Assembly (NCBI GenBank): GCA_963514005.1
Contig: OY740817.1
Location: 8,680,001 to 8,744,000 of the forward strand
DNA length: 64,000 nt
DNA from: Raja brachyura
Lineage: Eukaryota
Direction of reading: 5' to 3'
Shown: piece by piece, positions 21,841-36,135 of the stretch
Position numbering within the stretch: position 1 is the stretch's first letter
How the letters are laid out: the number at the start of each line of letters is the position of its first letter
Made by a program: the position numbers and the translations under genes
Notes under the pieces: model-generated
Database searches by the model: none
Told to the model about the DNA's origin: nothing
Seen by the model: the letters and a program-made list of their open reading frames with translations, nothing else

Positions 21841-24379
21841 CCGATTTAGGCAAGGGTGAAGTTGTGTTTGCACTCCATGCCAAAAATGCATTTGTTCCTC
21901 ATTGTGGTTGCTACGTTATCAAATTTAAAACGCCCCAAGATTTTTTCCTAAACTATGGAGAATGCAAAGGAGATTTATACGGGTGTTGCTTGGATTGCAA
22001 TGTTTTAGTTATGAGGATAGGTGGGTTTGTTTTTCCTGGTGCTGAGGGGTGATCTGATGGTGATATTCAGAATTATGAAAGGGATAGATAGAGTAGGTAA
22101 AATTAGAGCATAGGCGCAAGTTCATAGGATGTTTAGAAGAAATCTCAGGAGGGAGGATTCTTTTTGCACAGATATTTGTGGAACATTTAAGAAGCATCTG
22201 TGCAAGTATATGAATCGCCAAGAAATAAAGTCTACATGCGTAATGTAGATTAATGGGATTAATATAGATAGGCACAACAGTTGTATGGACCTGTTATGGG
22301 GAAGGGTCTGTTTCTGTGCTGACTCAAAATTCTGTCAAGCTCTTGAATATTTGCACTCCTTGAAATGGTATTTTCTGAATAAATGGCAGTATGCTTATCT
22401 AAAATATATACAATTATGGTCAAAAGATTGAAAAGTAGGCTTTTTCTCCAAGATTCTCAAAATTCTTTTCTGCCACATTATTTTGTTTGCCACAAGACAG
22501 CTACGTTGAAAATTTCCCTTTGGTTTTCAAAAAAACAATGGTTGTGTATACATAGCCTGCTCCTCGAGACTTCATCAGGTTTGATTTTAGTATAGGCCCA
22601 CAGAATCTTACCAGCCTTCATTATCAAAGGACTAATTTTTGAATTGCTTCAGAAGAGCTGACAATTAATTTCAGTTGTGTGCCTTCTGTTAATCTTGCGT
22701 GCCCCTGCTATTCTAGAGGGTGTGTATAGCTGATTAGTTGTAGTTCAAAGAGTTTCTACACTTCTTTCCTGCTTTGTGTTGAGTTAATTAAGCTGAAATA
22801 GCGGGGAAGTGCAAGAATTCATTTATCATTTTCAAAATTGACAGTATTTCCTCTCAATTTTTCTTTCAGCTGTGCAGTTCCTGTTGGAAGTATGTGAATT
22901 GGGCAAGAGAAATATTGGGTTTGGCTATAGTACACTCATTTTGGTTATAAAATGTCCAATTGGTTGAAATATAAAAGCTATCGTTTTTGGAACTATTTGA
23001 AAGAATCGAGCCTTCAAAAGAAAAAAAGTTGAACATAAATGATATGAAGTGCTTTTTGGTGTTTTCTTTGAAATTTTAAATGTATCAGAAGCACTTGTGA
23101 TTCATTCAAACCCCATTAGCTTGTTATTAGCACAAGGAAACATAATTTTCATTTTTTACAATTTTGTGTGATATTTATATGTCAGTTATAAGATTAGAAT
23201 TTTGTAAATAATGATGCAGTTTAGGTGACAAAGATCTTAATTTTTCTATTTAAAAATCATCAATCCATTTTACTTTTGCTTCCTAGTTCAACATTAAAAC
23301 TTAGATTAGCACAAAATCCTCAATTTGCATGCCACCATGCATGCACTTTTTAAAAAACAATGTAGACCAAGCTTAACTGTAAAACACATTTTATATTTGC
23401 CGAGTAAAATATAATCTTAATTCCGATTTTACAATACTCCAACCAGCTAAGTTGAATTTTTGTTGCTATCCTTTTGACTATTGTGGTCTTCATTTTAAGT
23501 TAATGTGATTTAGAAAAACAGTAGCTCTTTTATAACAAAGTTGATCGGTGTTTTCTTTGCCCTTTCAACACCTCTCACAAAGGTCACAAAATACTTATTT
23601 TTCATGTACACCATATGAACAGATTTTTTTCTGAAGAAACAAGCATTTCTTTGCTCTGCCAAGGTCACAAAAGCACTGAAATCCATCAGAGCTTGAATTT
23701 CTTGCATTGTGACGGAGTTGAATGAATGGCAACTTCTGCATGAGAATAATGCGCCAGACATTTTCAATCAGCTCAAGTGTTGTTACTCCTGTTATGAGCG
23801 TTAAAGCCTATTTTTAAACATATAAATCTAGATTGTAAAGCACATTATCTAGATCGAATCATGAATGGTGCTTGTCACAGACCATATTTTGGATGAAACA
23901 TGATACAAAGGCTGATTTTCAAGTTGTCAAATTCTCTGGGGTTGAAAGGGTGGGAGTTTCAGAGACACTTCAAAGCATCTGCTTTATAAACTAACATCTA
24001 ATCATAATTTATGACCGAGAGAGTAGCCTGTTGTATTCATACTTTTGTTAATTTTGGGAATGATATTTTCTAATTTTGTCCTGTTATTTGATGGACTGTT
24101 ATTATTTGTCATGTAATGATGATAATTGTGATTTCTAAAGTGCATTTAAGATTTCTAAATCGGCTCGCATTTATCCATGCGTGAGGTGAGAATCGCACTG
24201 TTGGAAATATCTAGCATAACTTCATTTCGCAGTTTACTGACAGTGTGCATAGCTAAATATGAATCAATTTGGGGCAAGGCTTTTTCTTTATCGTTTTTTC
24301 ATGAAGCTTTGACTGCATTCTGAATCTCAATAGTCACCTCTTTCTTTGTTTTAATTGCAGGTCTCCAACAGAAGGCAAA

Positions 24380-24712
24380 ATGACTCAACGAGATGCAGAA
24401 CGGTATCTCTATGTGGACAAAAATCTCCTCAATAATCCACTGACACAGGCTGACTGGGCGGCAAAGAAACTGGTGTGGGTGCCCTCAGACCGTAGTGGCT
24501 TTGAGGCTGCCAGTGTCAAGGAGGAGGTTGGTGAAGAGGCGATAGTTGAGTTGGTGGAGAATGGCAAGAAAGTTAAAATCAACAAGGATGACATCCAGAA
24601 GATGAACCCACCCAAGTTTTCCAAAGTGGAAGATATGGCAGAGCTGACTTGCCTGAACGAAGCTTCTGTACTCCATAATTTGAAAGAGCGTTATTACTCA
24701 GGACTAATCTAT
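24380..24712 (+). CDS. MYH9: Non-muscle myosin heavy chain IIA, exon 2 (first coding; exon starts 24361), SH3-like N-terminus
   Basis: [37 protein letters not shown]...[11 protein letters not shown]; acceptor ttgcag|, donor |gtaagc; 333 nt. The N-terminus matches MYH9 better than MYH10 or MYH11. Confidence 0.97.
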
Positions 24713-26748
24713 GTAAGCTTTTTGAAATTTTATTATTAACTTGACCAACGGGTCCACGGGTCGGCTAGTAAATTATAAATGCCATAAGATGTCAATGTCC
24801 TATTGACATTGTAGCTATATATATATTCTTCAATACAGTGTTCTGTAAGGAAGCCTCGAGTTACACTAGATTCTAGTAACACCAGCAACTATATTGGGGT
24901 CTTGAAATGGACATTGTGTTCTGAGCTCACTTGCCCCATGTGCCACCTTCTCTATCCATGGAAGAGTAAACATTCACCTCGTCATTCATGGGGTTTCCAT
25001 GTGGATTCCATGAGTGTCTAAGATAAAGGAGGATTTCCCACCTATTTCATTTTTTGTGTATTTGGGTTCATTTCAGTAGCTTAAGGGATATGTGGTATTG
25101 ACGTGAAAATTGGTTCAATCTAATATTGTCTTTTGAAGGTGTAGACTACTCTGTATTCCAGTTCCACTTTTCAATTGAGTGAACCTGGAGCAATTTGAAG
25201 GGTGGTGAGAAGGTTGGGGGGTGGAAATAAAACTGTTTCCTACCTATCAAGATCCAGCAGACAGTGGTGGGAAAATGTATCTGTCCAAACTTACATATAG
25301 AAACTATTAATTAGACAATATAAGGCTGGTGGTATTAAGTGAAACACTACCCAAGGAAGAATAATTATCTGCAGGAAGAGGGAAAATCTGGATAATTAAG
25401 AATATACTTATCTTTGTGGAGCTTTATGTATCTTCACTTGGCAATAGGGCAGGGTAATAATTTCCAATAACAGGAAGCCAATGAAATTAAAATGCTGCGT
25501 ACATTTCCCCCAAAAATAGGTGTGGATTAAATTTGGCAAGCATGCATCCTTAATTATTTATTTGGACTTCATTGGTACATTGCAATGTAGCAAGGTCACT
25601 CCATAGCTGCTGCTGCACCCGCTGAGTTTCTCCAGCATTTTTGTCTATCTTTGATTAAATCTCCAGTTCCTCTGAGACGGGAGGTTCTTCAATTATAGTC
25701 ACAAACATTCCTAATGGCACTTTAAAAAAAAAAATACAGTTGTATATCAGTGAGGGTTGGTGAGTGTTAAGAGTGTGAATTTGGAGGGGAGGGGCCTTTT
25801 TGTTATTTTGCCTTGTATTGTGATTACAACGACAATTAGTACATTCAAGAATGAGTTTGATAGACTTTTGAACATTAAGAATTGAGGATGGGTTTAGTGC
25901 AGGAAATGGCTGTTGAGTAAGAAGTCAGTCATAATCTTATTGAATGGTGAAAAGCATGAGGAGCCAAATAGCCCTTCTTTGTTTCTAGATCCAGTGATAT
26001 GTTCTTATGAAAAGCAGCTTATTTTGAATTTGAGGCGATAGTTTTGTGATAAAACTCGCATTTTGAAATTTATTCGTGAATGTCAAGGCGATGTGCCAAG
26101 AGTGTTCAATTGCTAACAATGAAATTCTTACTTGTTGCAGCTTTTGCAGGCACATTAACATATGACACGATAAATAAATGTACCAATAGCCAATCATACC
26201 ATAAATTATCAGTAATATAAGAACCAAGTCATTATATGTATTACAACCTATACAAAGTCCATAATAGTCTGTTGCTGACTTGCAGTTGAAGCTAGGGTTG
26301 TGTAGTATAGCTCAAAAGTCTGATGGAAAGAAGCTGTTCTTGAACTGAAGGTCATGCTTCTCAGGATTCTATACTTTCCTGGCGGTAGCAGTAAGATGAG
26401 AGTGTGGCCAGGGTGATGTGGGTCTTTGATATTAGCTACCTGAATAGGTGTATTTTGATTCCAGGACTATTGCATTATGATACAAATGTTTACCACAGTC
26501 ATGGAAGCATTTAAGGACGTGTCGAGTCTTGATCTGAGAGTGAGTTGTGTAAGTTAATTGGCTGTAGGAATTTACACCAACAAGAAGAAACTTGAAGTTG
26601 AACAAGAATCCTGGAAGTATATTTGCACAGTAGAGGAACACAACTGTTTATTTTTCTCTTGTTTTGTGGTAAAATCTTAAGCACAGCCATTATTTCCCTC
26701 CACAATCTATTCAAAGTTATCAAAGCAAACAAATTGGAGATGCTGATG

Positions 26749-27146
26749 CAGTAAACTGTTAATCCGGCCCCTCGAGCTTATGTGCTGAACTTACAGATTT
26801 TCCGCGAGAGTGGATGTTACTCCTGTTAATGTCCAAAGCACTTTATTTTGCTTTTATTTTGCATGTTACCCAGAATTATAATACATGTTGCAGTGATCCC
26901 AAGGATGTAGTAACATTCAAGCATTTTTGATACTGATTCTGGTCATAGACCCCAACCCCGGGCGTTGTGGATCACAACCCCTGCCTCAGTAGCATACCTG
27001 GCCTGTTGTCCAGACCCTAGCGCCTCGTGCACTGGTTCCTGCATGCACCCGGGACCCCTAGCTCTCACAATTTGCACATGACTGAGCCAGGTGCCAGCCA
27101 TCGGGATTTCTGAACATTCGGATGTTAGATGAATGGAGTTTTACTC
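26749..27146. mobile_element. Old TcMar/Tigger-like MITE remnant
   Basis: Degenerate terminal inverted repeats cagtaaact... and ...ggagttttactc around a GC-richer interior. Confidence 0.35.
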
Positions 27147-27629
27147 TAATTTGAAATTAAAAATAGAAAATGCTGGGATTACGCAGCAAGTTGAGTAGCA
27201 TCGGTGAAGAATGAAAGTTAATGTTTCAAGTCTAAAACGATGCATATTGCAGCTTCAAACAAATACTTGATATGTATGGGCAAAGATCTTGCATCAAATT
27301 ACTTTGTAGCAAGACAATGAGGAGTGGTGGTCAATTCCAACCCAGTGCAATTGGGCCGATTCTGTCTCCACTAACATATGTTATAATCATCTTGTATTAC
27401 TTTGACTATACAATGTAACCTATACTGTATTTTTTTAGTCAAATTTTAATCTGGAAAATGAAAGTTTAAAAAAAGAACAAAAATAGATTTTTAACCTGGA
27501 ACATTAACTGTTCCTCTTTCCACAGATGTTGCTTGGCATGCTCTTTTCACCTTCTGTTTTGGAAACAACAGGGCTGGCAGCACCTATGGAAAGAGAAACA
27601 GTTGATATTATGGGTTAAAAATGTATTTT

Positions 27630-28215
27630 TGTTTAGTTTAGTTTTTTAACAAATACAGCATGGAAACAGCCTGCCAGGTCCATGCTGACCATTCATCACC
27701 TGTTCACACTGGTTCTATGTTATCCCACTTTGGCATCCACTCCCTGCACGCTAGGGGGATTTACAGAGGCTAACCTACAGACCCCCACGTCTTTGGAATG
27801 TCAATGGAAACTGGAGCACCCAGAGCAATCCACACGGTCATGGGAAGAATGTGCAAGCTCCACACAGGCAACACCAGATGTCAAGGTCAAGCCTGGCTTT
27901 CTGGCGCTATAAAGCAGCAGCTCTACTAGCCGCACCACTGTGCCATCCTGCATTTCAACATGGCAATGGGCCCTTTGGCCCATCAAGTCCACACCAACCA
28001 TCAATCACCCATAGTTCTTCGTTACCCCACTTCCACATCCACTCTCTACACTGAAGGGGCAATTTTACTGATGCCAATTTGCCTAAAAACTTGCATGTTT
28101 TTTGGAATGTGGGAGGAAACCCTCCAGGGAGAATGTGCAAAAGCCACATGGACAGCACCCGAGGTCGGGATTGAACCTTTTGGACAGTATTTTTACCTGC
28201 TGTGCCTCTGTGCCA
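27630..28215 (-). mobile_element. Two tandem HE1/V-SINE copies (about 27630-27945 and 27955-28215)
   Basis: Each has a tRNA-like head (reverse complement ggcacagtggtgcggctagtagagctgctgc), the V-SINE core and a gtttagtttag or CR1-like tail. Confidence 0.75.
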
Positions 28216-28567
28216 CTCATGTTCTATTTTGCTTTCATTTTCCAGGTTGCAATTTTACTTTGTGCACGGAAAAGTAAATTCAAAATCATATCAATTTAAA
28301 TATTTTTTGTGTTTTCCCCTTCTCACCTTTTAAGTTTGAATCTTTGAGCTATTGTGAAGCAACAACTGTCCTCAATCTTGCTTTTGTAAATCATTTGTGA
28401 ATTTGCATCAGTGATCACTGTGGTAATCAGCATAGAATGTTTGCCATTAGTTGAACTCGCCATAAGTCATTTTTCTAGCTATTAATCTTGCTGTAATTAC
28501 GTGATTTGTTTTTGCTCGTGTGTAATCGGGAGTAAAATGCTATTTCTTCCTTTGCAAACTTGTATAA

Positions 28568-28816
<249 letters not shown>

Positions 28817-29300
28817 TAAATGTTGTTTGTTGGCCATGCAGAATATTTTCTGTTTCTGTAATCTTAGTACTATTTGCTTATGGCAATTTTTTTTGGTTCA
28901 ATTTTTTCCCCATGGTACTGGGGAATGCTTGCTCATATGTGTTCCAGAGCCCGTCATCAGGTACCTTGTCCCAATCTTCCTAATTCTCGCATGAGCATCA
29001 TCATTAGTATTTGCAGGTTACTTGGAGTAAGGAAAGACATTTCAGACCCTCAACTTGCAGAAATTATCTTTGCCTTATCTTGCCCATCAATTCTTACACG
29101 GGCAAGTTTCTAGCAATAATTTCTGGATAAAGTCAGGAATTGGAGTCAGAATAAGTTAGCTTATTTACACATCTTTCATGTTTTATGGGTGAATATGTGG
29201 CAAAACTGTCCAATTTTTTCTTAGTGCATTGAAGCATTATGTCATGTTTTCTACTGAATTATTGCAAACCTGGGGGAAGTGACTTGGATCAACTTGCTCT

Positions 29301-29440
29301 ATGTATAAAAGGGGGAAAGTGGCATGAGTTGCCACCCCACATCTAAACCATTTTGGATACTGCATACAGAAGCATGTTGCAAGATAAGGGTTTTGCCTGG
29401 TGGTTTTCAGTAGCTAATGTTTGATTGATGTGTTACCTCC
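29301..29440 (+). pseudogene. Degenerate partial duplicate of exon 3 and its downstream intron flank
   Basis: Aligns to 28661-28800. It carries an in-frame TAA, a 1-nt insertion and a donor changed from GT to AT. Confidence 0.9.
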
Positions 29441-30779
29441 TAACATTAATGTTTTAATATGTTCCATTGGGAACCAAAGATCAAATGGAAATGTGCAAAA
29501 ATACAGGGGGTTTTGATTGTGCAGTGTGATGTAATGGTTTTCTTTGGCAGGAGAGTTACTAACTAGGACGTTGATTTTAATATAATTTATAAAAGATAAT
29601 GGGTTTTTTAACAGGGTTGGTTATTTGAATGCAAAAAAACAATATCTCAAAGTGGTGGAAACAGATTTGGTAGTGCTTTTCAAAAGAGATTTGGATAAAA
29701 CTGGAGAGAATGTAGAAGAGTGAAGGTATAGCAGGGGCATGGTGTAGATAACATTTTAAAAGGAAGATTAGTTTTAGTTGTCCTCTGGGATGCAATTGAG
29801 TAAAGTAGCAAAAACTACTATCTGCTCCCAGGAATTCAAATTCATTACAGAATTATTTGTTGTGAGATTCTATGGTGAACTTTACCTCACTTGCTGCGTT
29901 TTCCCAGCATTTCTATCTACCTTCGATTTTTTTTCCGGCATCTGCAGTTCTTTCTTAAACATTGCTTCAGTAATTTATCACTTTTAATACTTTTAACTTT
30001 AAAACAAGTGACCAAGAAGTGAAAAACAAGCCAAAAATGGGTTAGATAGCAGTGAAGTTTCCTTTCAATGGAAATCGTGGGTAGCAGGTTCCGTGTGTGA
30101 AAACTATATTCTGTTTTTACCAAGGATGCTCTCTGGTCTATTGATCTTTTTGTAATGTATACTATTCCTTATTTCAGCATCCCCAATATGTGCTAACCAA
30201 AAACACTGGTGGATAGGGATGATCTCATCGGGTTGTATTCAGGATTTTGGGTGTGGTGGAGCCTTTGCCTTTGTAATGGACCAACTAGGAAGCAAGAGAA
30301 TAGATAATGAGAGAGCAGCAAATATTCAAATGTTTAATGACCATGTGGTTGACGTAAATGTTTATTCTATTGGTGAATAGGTGTGACTGAACTATGATTT
30401 GATGATAAAGTTTTGTGCTTGCTGTGAGTAATATATTTGTCTACACGACCCAACCCATTAGTTATAATTCACTTTGAATTTTTTTTAAAGCTGTTCTACC
30501 ATTAAAGAGAAATTTTTTTTTTCCTTGCTGAGTCCCTAACAGTTACAATTTTAAGTGATGAGCTCCTATTATAAAGTACAACCTCATATTAGAGTCTTCC
30601 AGCACAGAAGTGAGCCTCTAGTCTACCCTTCTGCACTGTTCATCAAGTACTAATCTCATTTGCCTTCAGTGCATTTTCATCGATGCCATGACAATTTGAG
30701 TAGTTACCACGACATTTAATTTTTTAATGTAGATAAGTGCTTGCCTCAAGGGATGTTTGACAGAACTTGGATAGTTTGA

Positions 30780-31410
30780 TGTTTGAGAAGGAAATGCAGA
30801 TGCTGGAAAATCAAAGGTAGACAATGCTGGAGAAACTCAAGCGGGTGAGGCCGCATCTAGGGAGTGAAGGAAATGGGTGACGTTTCTGGTTGAGACCCTT
30901 CTTCAGACTGATGGGGGAGGGGGTGGTGGTAAGAAGAAAGGAAGAGGCAGCGTCAGTGGGCTGTGGGAGAGCTGGGAAGGGGAGGGGAACGAAGGAGAAA
31001 GCAGGGACTACCTAAAATTGAAGAAGTCAATGTTCATACCGCTGGGGTCAAAACTACCCAAGCAAAATATGAGGTGCTGCTCCTCCAATTTACGGTGGGC
31101 CTCGGGCCATGGAGGAGGCCTAGGACAGAAAGGTTGGATTTGGAATGAGAGGGGGAGTTGAAGTGCTGAGCCACCGGGAGATCAGGTTGGTTATTGTGAA
31201 CCGAGCGGAGGTGTTGGGCGAAGCAATCGCCAAGCCGACGTTTGGTCCTCCTGCAACTCCTCCAACCTCATCTATTGCGTCCGCTGCTCTACATCGGTGA
31301 GACCAAGCATAGGCTTGGCGATTGCTTCACCCAACACCTCCGCTTGGTTCGCAATAACCAACCTGATCTCCCTGTGGATCAGCACTTCAACTCCCCCTCC
31401 CATTCCGACC
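30780..31410. mobile_element. Penelope-like element 3' part with GIY-YIG endonuclease, partly inverted-duplicated
   Basis: LLYIGETKHRLGDCFTQHLR...HFNSPSHS on + (about 31285-31406) and the same region on - (31142-31250), continuing to the shared terminus at 30780-30910. Confidence 0.88.
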
Positions 31411-32359
31411 CAGGGGTCTCAGAGGAGGGTTGGATGAATTTTGAGTAGACTTTGAGAAAATTCTTAAATCTTTTCCTCTGCTTACTGTTTATCTAATAAC
31501 AGTGTGCATGCATGCTAAATAGCAAAAGCAGCATCATTAGACCTAAGTAACCCTATTACCTCAAAGCAGAGTTTTTCACACCTATTACAACCATGAAGGT
31601 TATAGACAATTAAACCATTTGTGAGAGGATGTATCTTCAAGAATACTTGCATTGTATGGTGAAGAAGGCTGGTATGATTACTCAAAATGAAGGCTGAAGA
31701 GTTCCCAGCTTTCTTCTGCCAAAGTACAGAATGTACGATTTATTAATCCTTGGGTCCCCAAGGATCTAATCTTGCATTCTTATCTTCAGCCACTTTGATT
31801 CAGTCTATGTGATATCAAGAAACTGCTGAAAGTATTTGATACTACATGGGCTTAGGGTTTCAACAGAATTCCAGCTCTTGTGCTAATGATGGGTTTAAAA
31901 AAAATAAAACCCCAAAACCTATCGCCTCTGAGCCATAAGGATAAAACCATAATACCCAGAGAAATGCAGTTACTTCTACATTCCTTTGAATTCCTACCAC
32001 TCAAAGTCTGGCACGTTTTTTTTTTTTTTTACTGTCATGGGGTCACAATCCTGAAATTCCTTGTACTTTGTTCCTGAATGATTCTCCATTTGACTTTCTC
32101 AGTAGAGTATCTAACCGTACCAGTTTGGTGGGTGATGGGAGTTAATGTTTGCCATTTCAAATGGAATTTATTTCAGAGAAGAAACAATTGTCTAAACCTA
32201 TTATGAAATGCATCTACAAAGGATGCAGAGGGATGACTAGATGGTGGGCACGAAGTGTGGTTCAGGTGGAAAATTGTAACAGGCAGATGCAAAGATTATG
32301 AACATTCTGGTATAGCCTTGGACATTTCAGTACCCTAATACCATGTGCTCTAATTTTGC

Positions 32360-32975
32360 CCACTAATCTCCTATGTGGGACCTTATCAAATGCTTTCTGA
32401 AAGTCCAGGTACACTATATCCACTGGCTCTCCCTTGTCCATATTCTTAGTTACATCCTCAAAAAAATTCCAGAAGATTAGTCAAGCATGATTTTCCTTGC
32501 TATTGAGGGAGTACAGCGTAGGTTCACCAGGGATGGCGGGACTGTCATCTGTTAATAGAATGGAGCCGCTGGGCTTGTATACTCTGGAATTTAGAAGGAT
32601 GAGAGGGGATCTTATTGAAACATAGAAGATTATTAAAGGTTTAGACACGTTAGAGACAGGAAACATGTTCCCGGTGTTGGGTCCAGAACCTGGGGACACA
32701 GTGTAAGAATAAGGGGTAAACCATTTAGAACAGAGATGAGGAAAAACGTTTTCATACAGTTGTGAGTCTGGAATTCTCTGCGTCAGAAAGTAGTGGAGGC
32801 CGGTTCTTGGGATGCTTTCAAGAGAGAGTTAGACAGAGCTCTTAAAGATAGGAGTCAGAGGATATGGGGGGAAGGCAGGAACGGGGTACTGATTGTGGAT
32901 GATCAGCCATGATCACATTGAATGACTGTGCTGACTCGAAGATCCGAATGGCCTACTCCTGCACCTATTGTCTAT
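32360..32975. mobile_element. CR1-type LINE with an inverted internal RT fragment
   Basis: 32372-32498 on - reads FFEDVTKNMDKGEPVDIVYLDFQKAFDKVPH; 32500-32975 on + is the ORF2 end plus 3' UTR. Confidence 0.85.
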
Positions 32976-35900
32976 TTGCTAGGGAGCTGGGTTAGAAATG
33001 GAGCCTGTGATTAAGAGAATAAAGTGGTGAGCATCAGTCATCTGGAGGAAATTCTTGCTCATCCAGATGCGAGGTAGAGCTGGGAATTGTCAGCACAAAT
33101 TATTGTTGCTGGAAATAAATTGCAGCAGGCAGCACATGGATAAGAAATGTGATCATTGGTATTCCCGAGGAATAATAATGTAGAAGTAGAAAATTTCCAT
33201 TACATGTGATTTTCTTGTGCTTGATGGATAAAAATGGAGTATTGTGAATATAGTTGAGATGAGGTGGAGTAGTTTACTTTGTTGCAATCATGGGATACAT
33301 ATGGTGGGGTTGAGGTTTGGATGGGAGTTTTGAGAAGTATTGGCAGGGAGAAAGGCAGAAGTTAATGTTTGCAGGTTGCACTGTGTTCATTTTCTCTTAG
33401 ATAAGGAAGTCTGAGACAGAATGCTGCAGGAGTCGAACAATATCCTGGCTTGGGCTGATAAATGGCATATATAATTTGTCATGTGGCGGCAGACAATGGC
33501 CATCTCCAACATTTGAGAGTCTAACTTCCTCCCTTTAGCATCGGTTGGCAAAACCATAATCAAATTGTCATTAATACAATTAGGGACACAATTGACCATT
33601 AGCCTGATCAATCATGTAAGACTTCTAGTATGGATGAGAAGATGGGCAAATGACTCGAGTCTTCCTATTGCTTACAAGCTGCATCAAGAATGTGATGAAA
33701 TGGAATGGATGTAGAAATTGGTGCTGCCTCAAGAAAGTATCCCAGATAAACCTCTAACCTCTAAGTCATCTAACTGGGCAAAGATAGCAGGTTTGGGAAA
33801 TAGCACCATCTTCAAATTCCCCACCCAAGTTACAGACCATACTGCCTTTAAACTAGATCTTCCAACTATTTTTTTTTGCTGGGGTAAAAGCCTGGAATTC
33901 CCCATCTAAAGGCCATGTGTGGCACTTTCATTACATAGTTTTCAGTGTTCAAGGTGAACTTGCAACAACTTTTTGGTCGATTAACGATGGACAATAAGGC
34001 AGGTATTTCAAGCAACAGCCTTATGATTGAAAAGCATTTAGAAGTAATGGATAATTACTGGTCCATTGAATTTAATGTAGAACTCGTATTTATATAACTT
34101 GTGGGACTGAAAAATCTGAAGAAATAATTGTAGATTCTTGGCAGTATTAAGAAAACATTTTCTCTCTTCTATAGAAGCATGTAACATTGATTTACTTTCA
34201 AGTGATCTTTTGAACAACTATTTTATTCATAAGTTTGTTGGGACATTTTTCATCAATGTGCTCTATTTCTGACCGAAATTTCAGTTGGATTTGGGCGGGA
34301 GTGATATTCGCGAAAGTTGCCTGTGCATTGACATGAAAAATGGTGAAGACCATGGCCAAATAATTATTTTTAGATGAATGATTGAATTTTATTGGAGGCA
34401 TGTAGGATATTGCAGCTTGTGTCGGGCTTGCAGAAGCACGAGTTAATCATTTATGCTGAATTTGGTGGTTTAACATTCCAGGAGTTTCATGTTGCAGTGG
34501 AAGTAATGTAGCAGCTTGTTCAGACAAGCTAGGTTTTTAATAAGGTATTATCCTGGATGTATGATCACACTGACAAGTTATGCCATATAAGGAAAAACCT
34601 GACAGACCCATCAAGAATGCAAAGAATGTAGCTGATCCACAAGCAAGAGGTTCCAAGACAATCTCCTGTTGCCTCGGACACCCTTGCCATTGGATCAAGA
34701 CCATGCTTTGTCAAGTATGGTATCTGGACATCCCATATTAAGTGAAGTCATGCACAGGCAACTTTCACTCTGTGGAATGGGTTGGGAGAAGCTCTATCAT
34801 TCATGTAATGCATCTAAGTGCTTTCAGATTACATCTTTAAATGGTATTTGTATTGGTTTGTTATTGTTGCATAAACCAAGGGACAGTGAAAAGCTTTGTT
34901 TGCATGCTATCCAGTCAAATTGTGATGTACATGAGTGCAATCAAGCTATACAAATATGACTGCCATTACAAAGAGAAACTTCCATTGCACATAAGAGTTT
35001 CTGAAAGTGTATATAAAACAAGTGCAAAGATTGCAATAAGATAGGTTGGAAGATTGGGACTAGACCCCAGTTTATGGGAGTATCATTCAAAAGTCTGGTT
35101 ATGGTGGGGAAGAAGCTGTTCATGATTCTGGTAGTAGGTGCTTTCAAGCTTTTTAATCTTCTGCCTCATAGGAGGGGCTGCTTTTCTTTGGTACCAGGAT
35201 GATTGTAGTTGTCTTGAAGCAGGTGAGAACCTCAAAATGGAGTAGGGAGAGGAAAGGTGCCTGTGAAAACTCCTGCTGGCTGTTCTACACAGGTCCTGAG
35301 GATGCGGCTGGCGACTCCATTGGGGCTAGTTGCTTTCCACTCGTCTTGCTCAACATAAATGTCCAATTACCTGGTTGCTGAACTATCTACTACAGATTCA
35401 ACATTGAGTATATTTTACTCGGGAGGGGAAATTGATTGTGAAATACTGGCTATAAAGTTCTAAATGTCCAATTCACAGTAGGGCACAGAATTGATCTGCA
35501 TCCCGTTTACTGTAAAATGACCTGATATTGAATATTGCAATTTCACTTCTGCAGAAACATGTGATTGAGCAAGTCCCTTTTTGCAGCAAGATCAATTGAA
35601 TAATTCCTGCTGAATGAACTTTGGAAAGTTTGCATGAATATATCAGAGTCCTTTTAATTAATAATTTTATGAATGGCAATCACAGTTCAGTGTTGGTGTA
35701 CTGGCTTCCAAGTCAGAAGATAGAGGCATATAATCAAGACTGAAACTTTGGTACAGCATCGATGAGGTGCTAACTTTTAGGTTAATGTCGTATAAAGGTA
35801 CAACCAGCCTTGAAAGGTGTGCTTAAAAGATGTCATGTATTTGAAGAAATGCAAAGAAATATTGTCCATTATGGTGCCATGTGATTTCTGTCCAGGCCAA

Positions 35901-36135
35901 TATTTATTCCAGACTTCAAAATTGATTAGTTATCTTGGTGTTTCTGCTACTTTTATGTGTTAAATGGAGCTTCATTCATGTTCCCATAGACTCTGCAAAA
36001 GTAAAGCTGTTATTGTTTGGGATGTCCTGTAGCTATGAAATATGTTATTTTCTTTGTTTTGTTTTTCTAAATTTTAAAGATTAGTAAACGTATACAATAG
36101 AATTCCTAAAATCCACTCCCATTTGTCCTTTGCCA

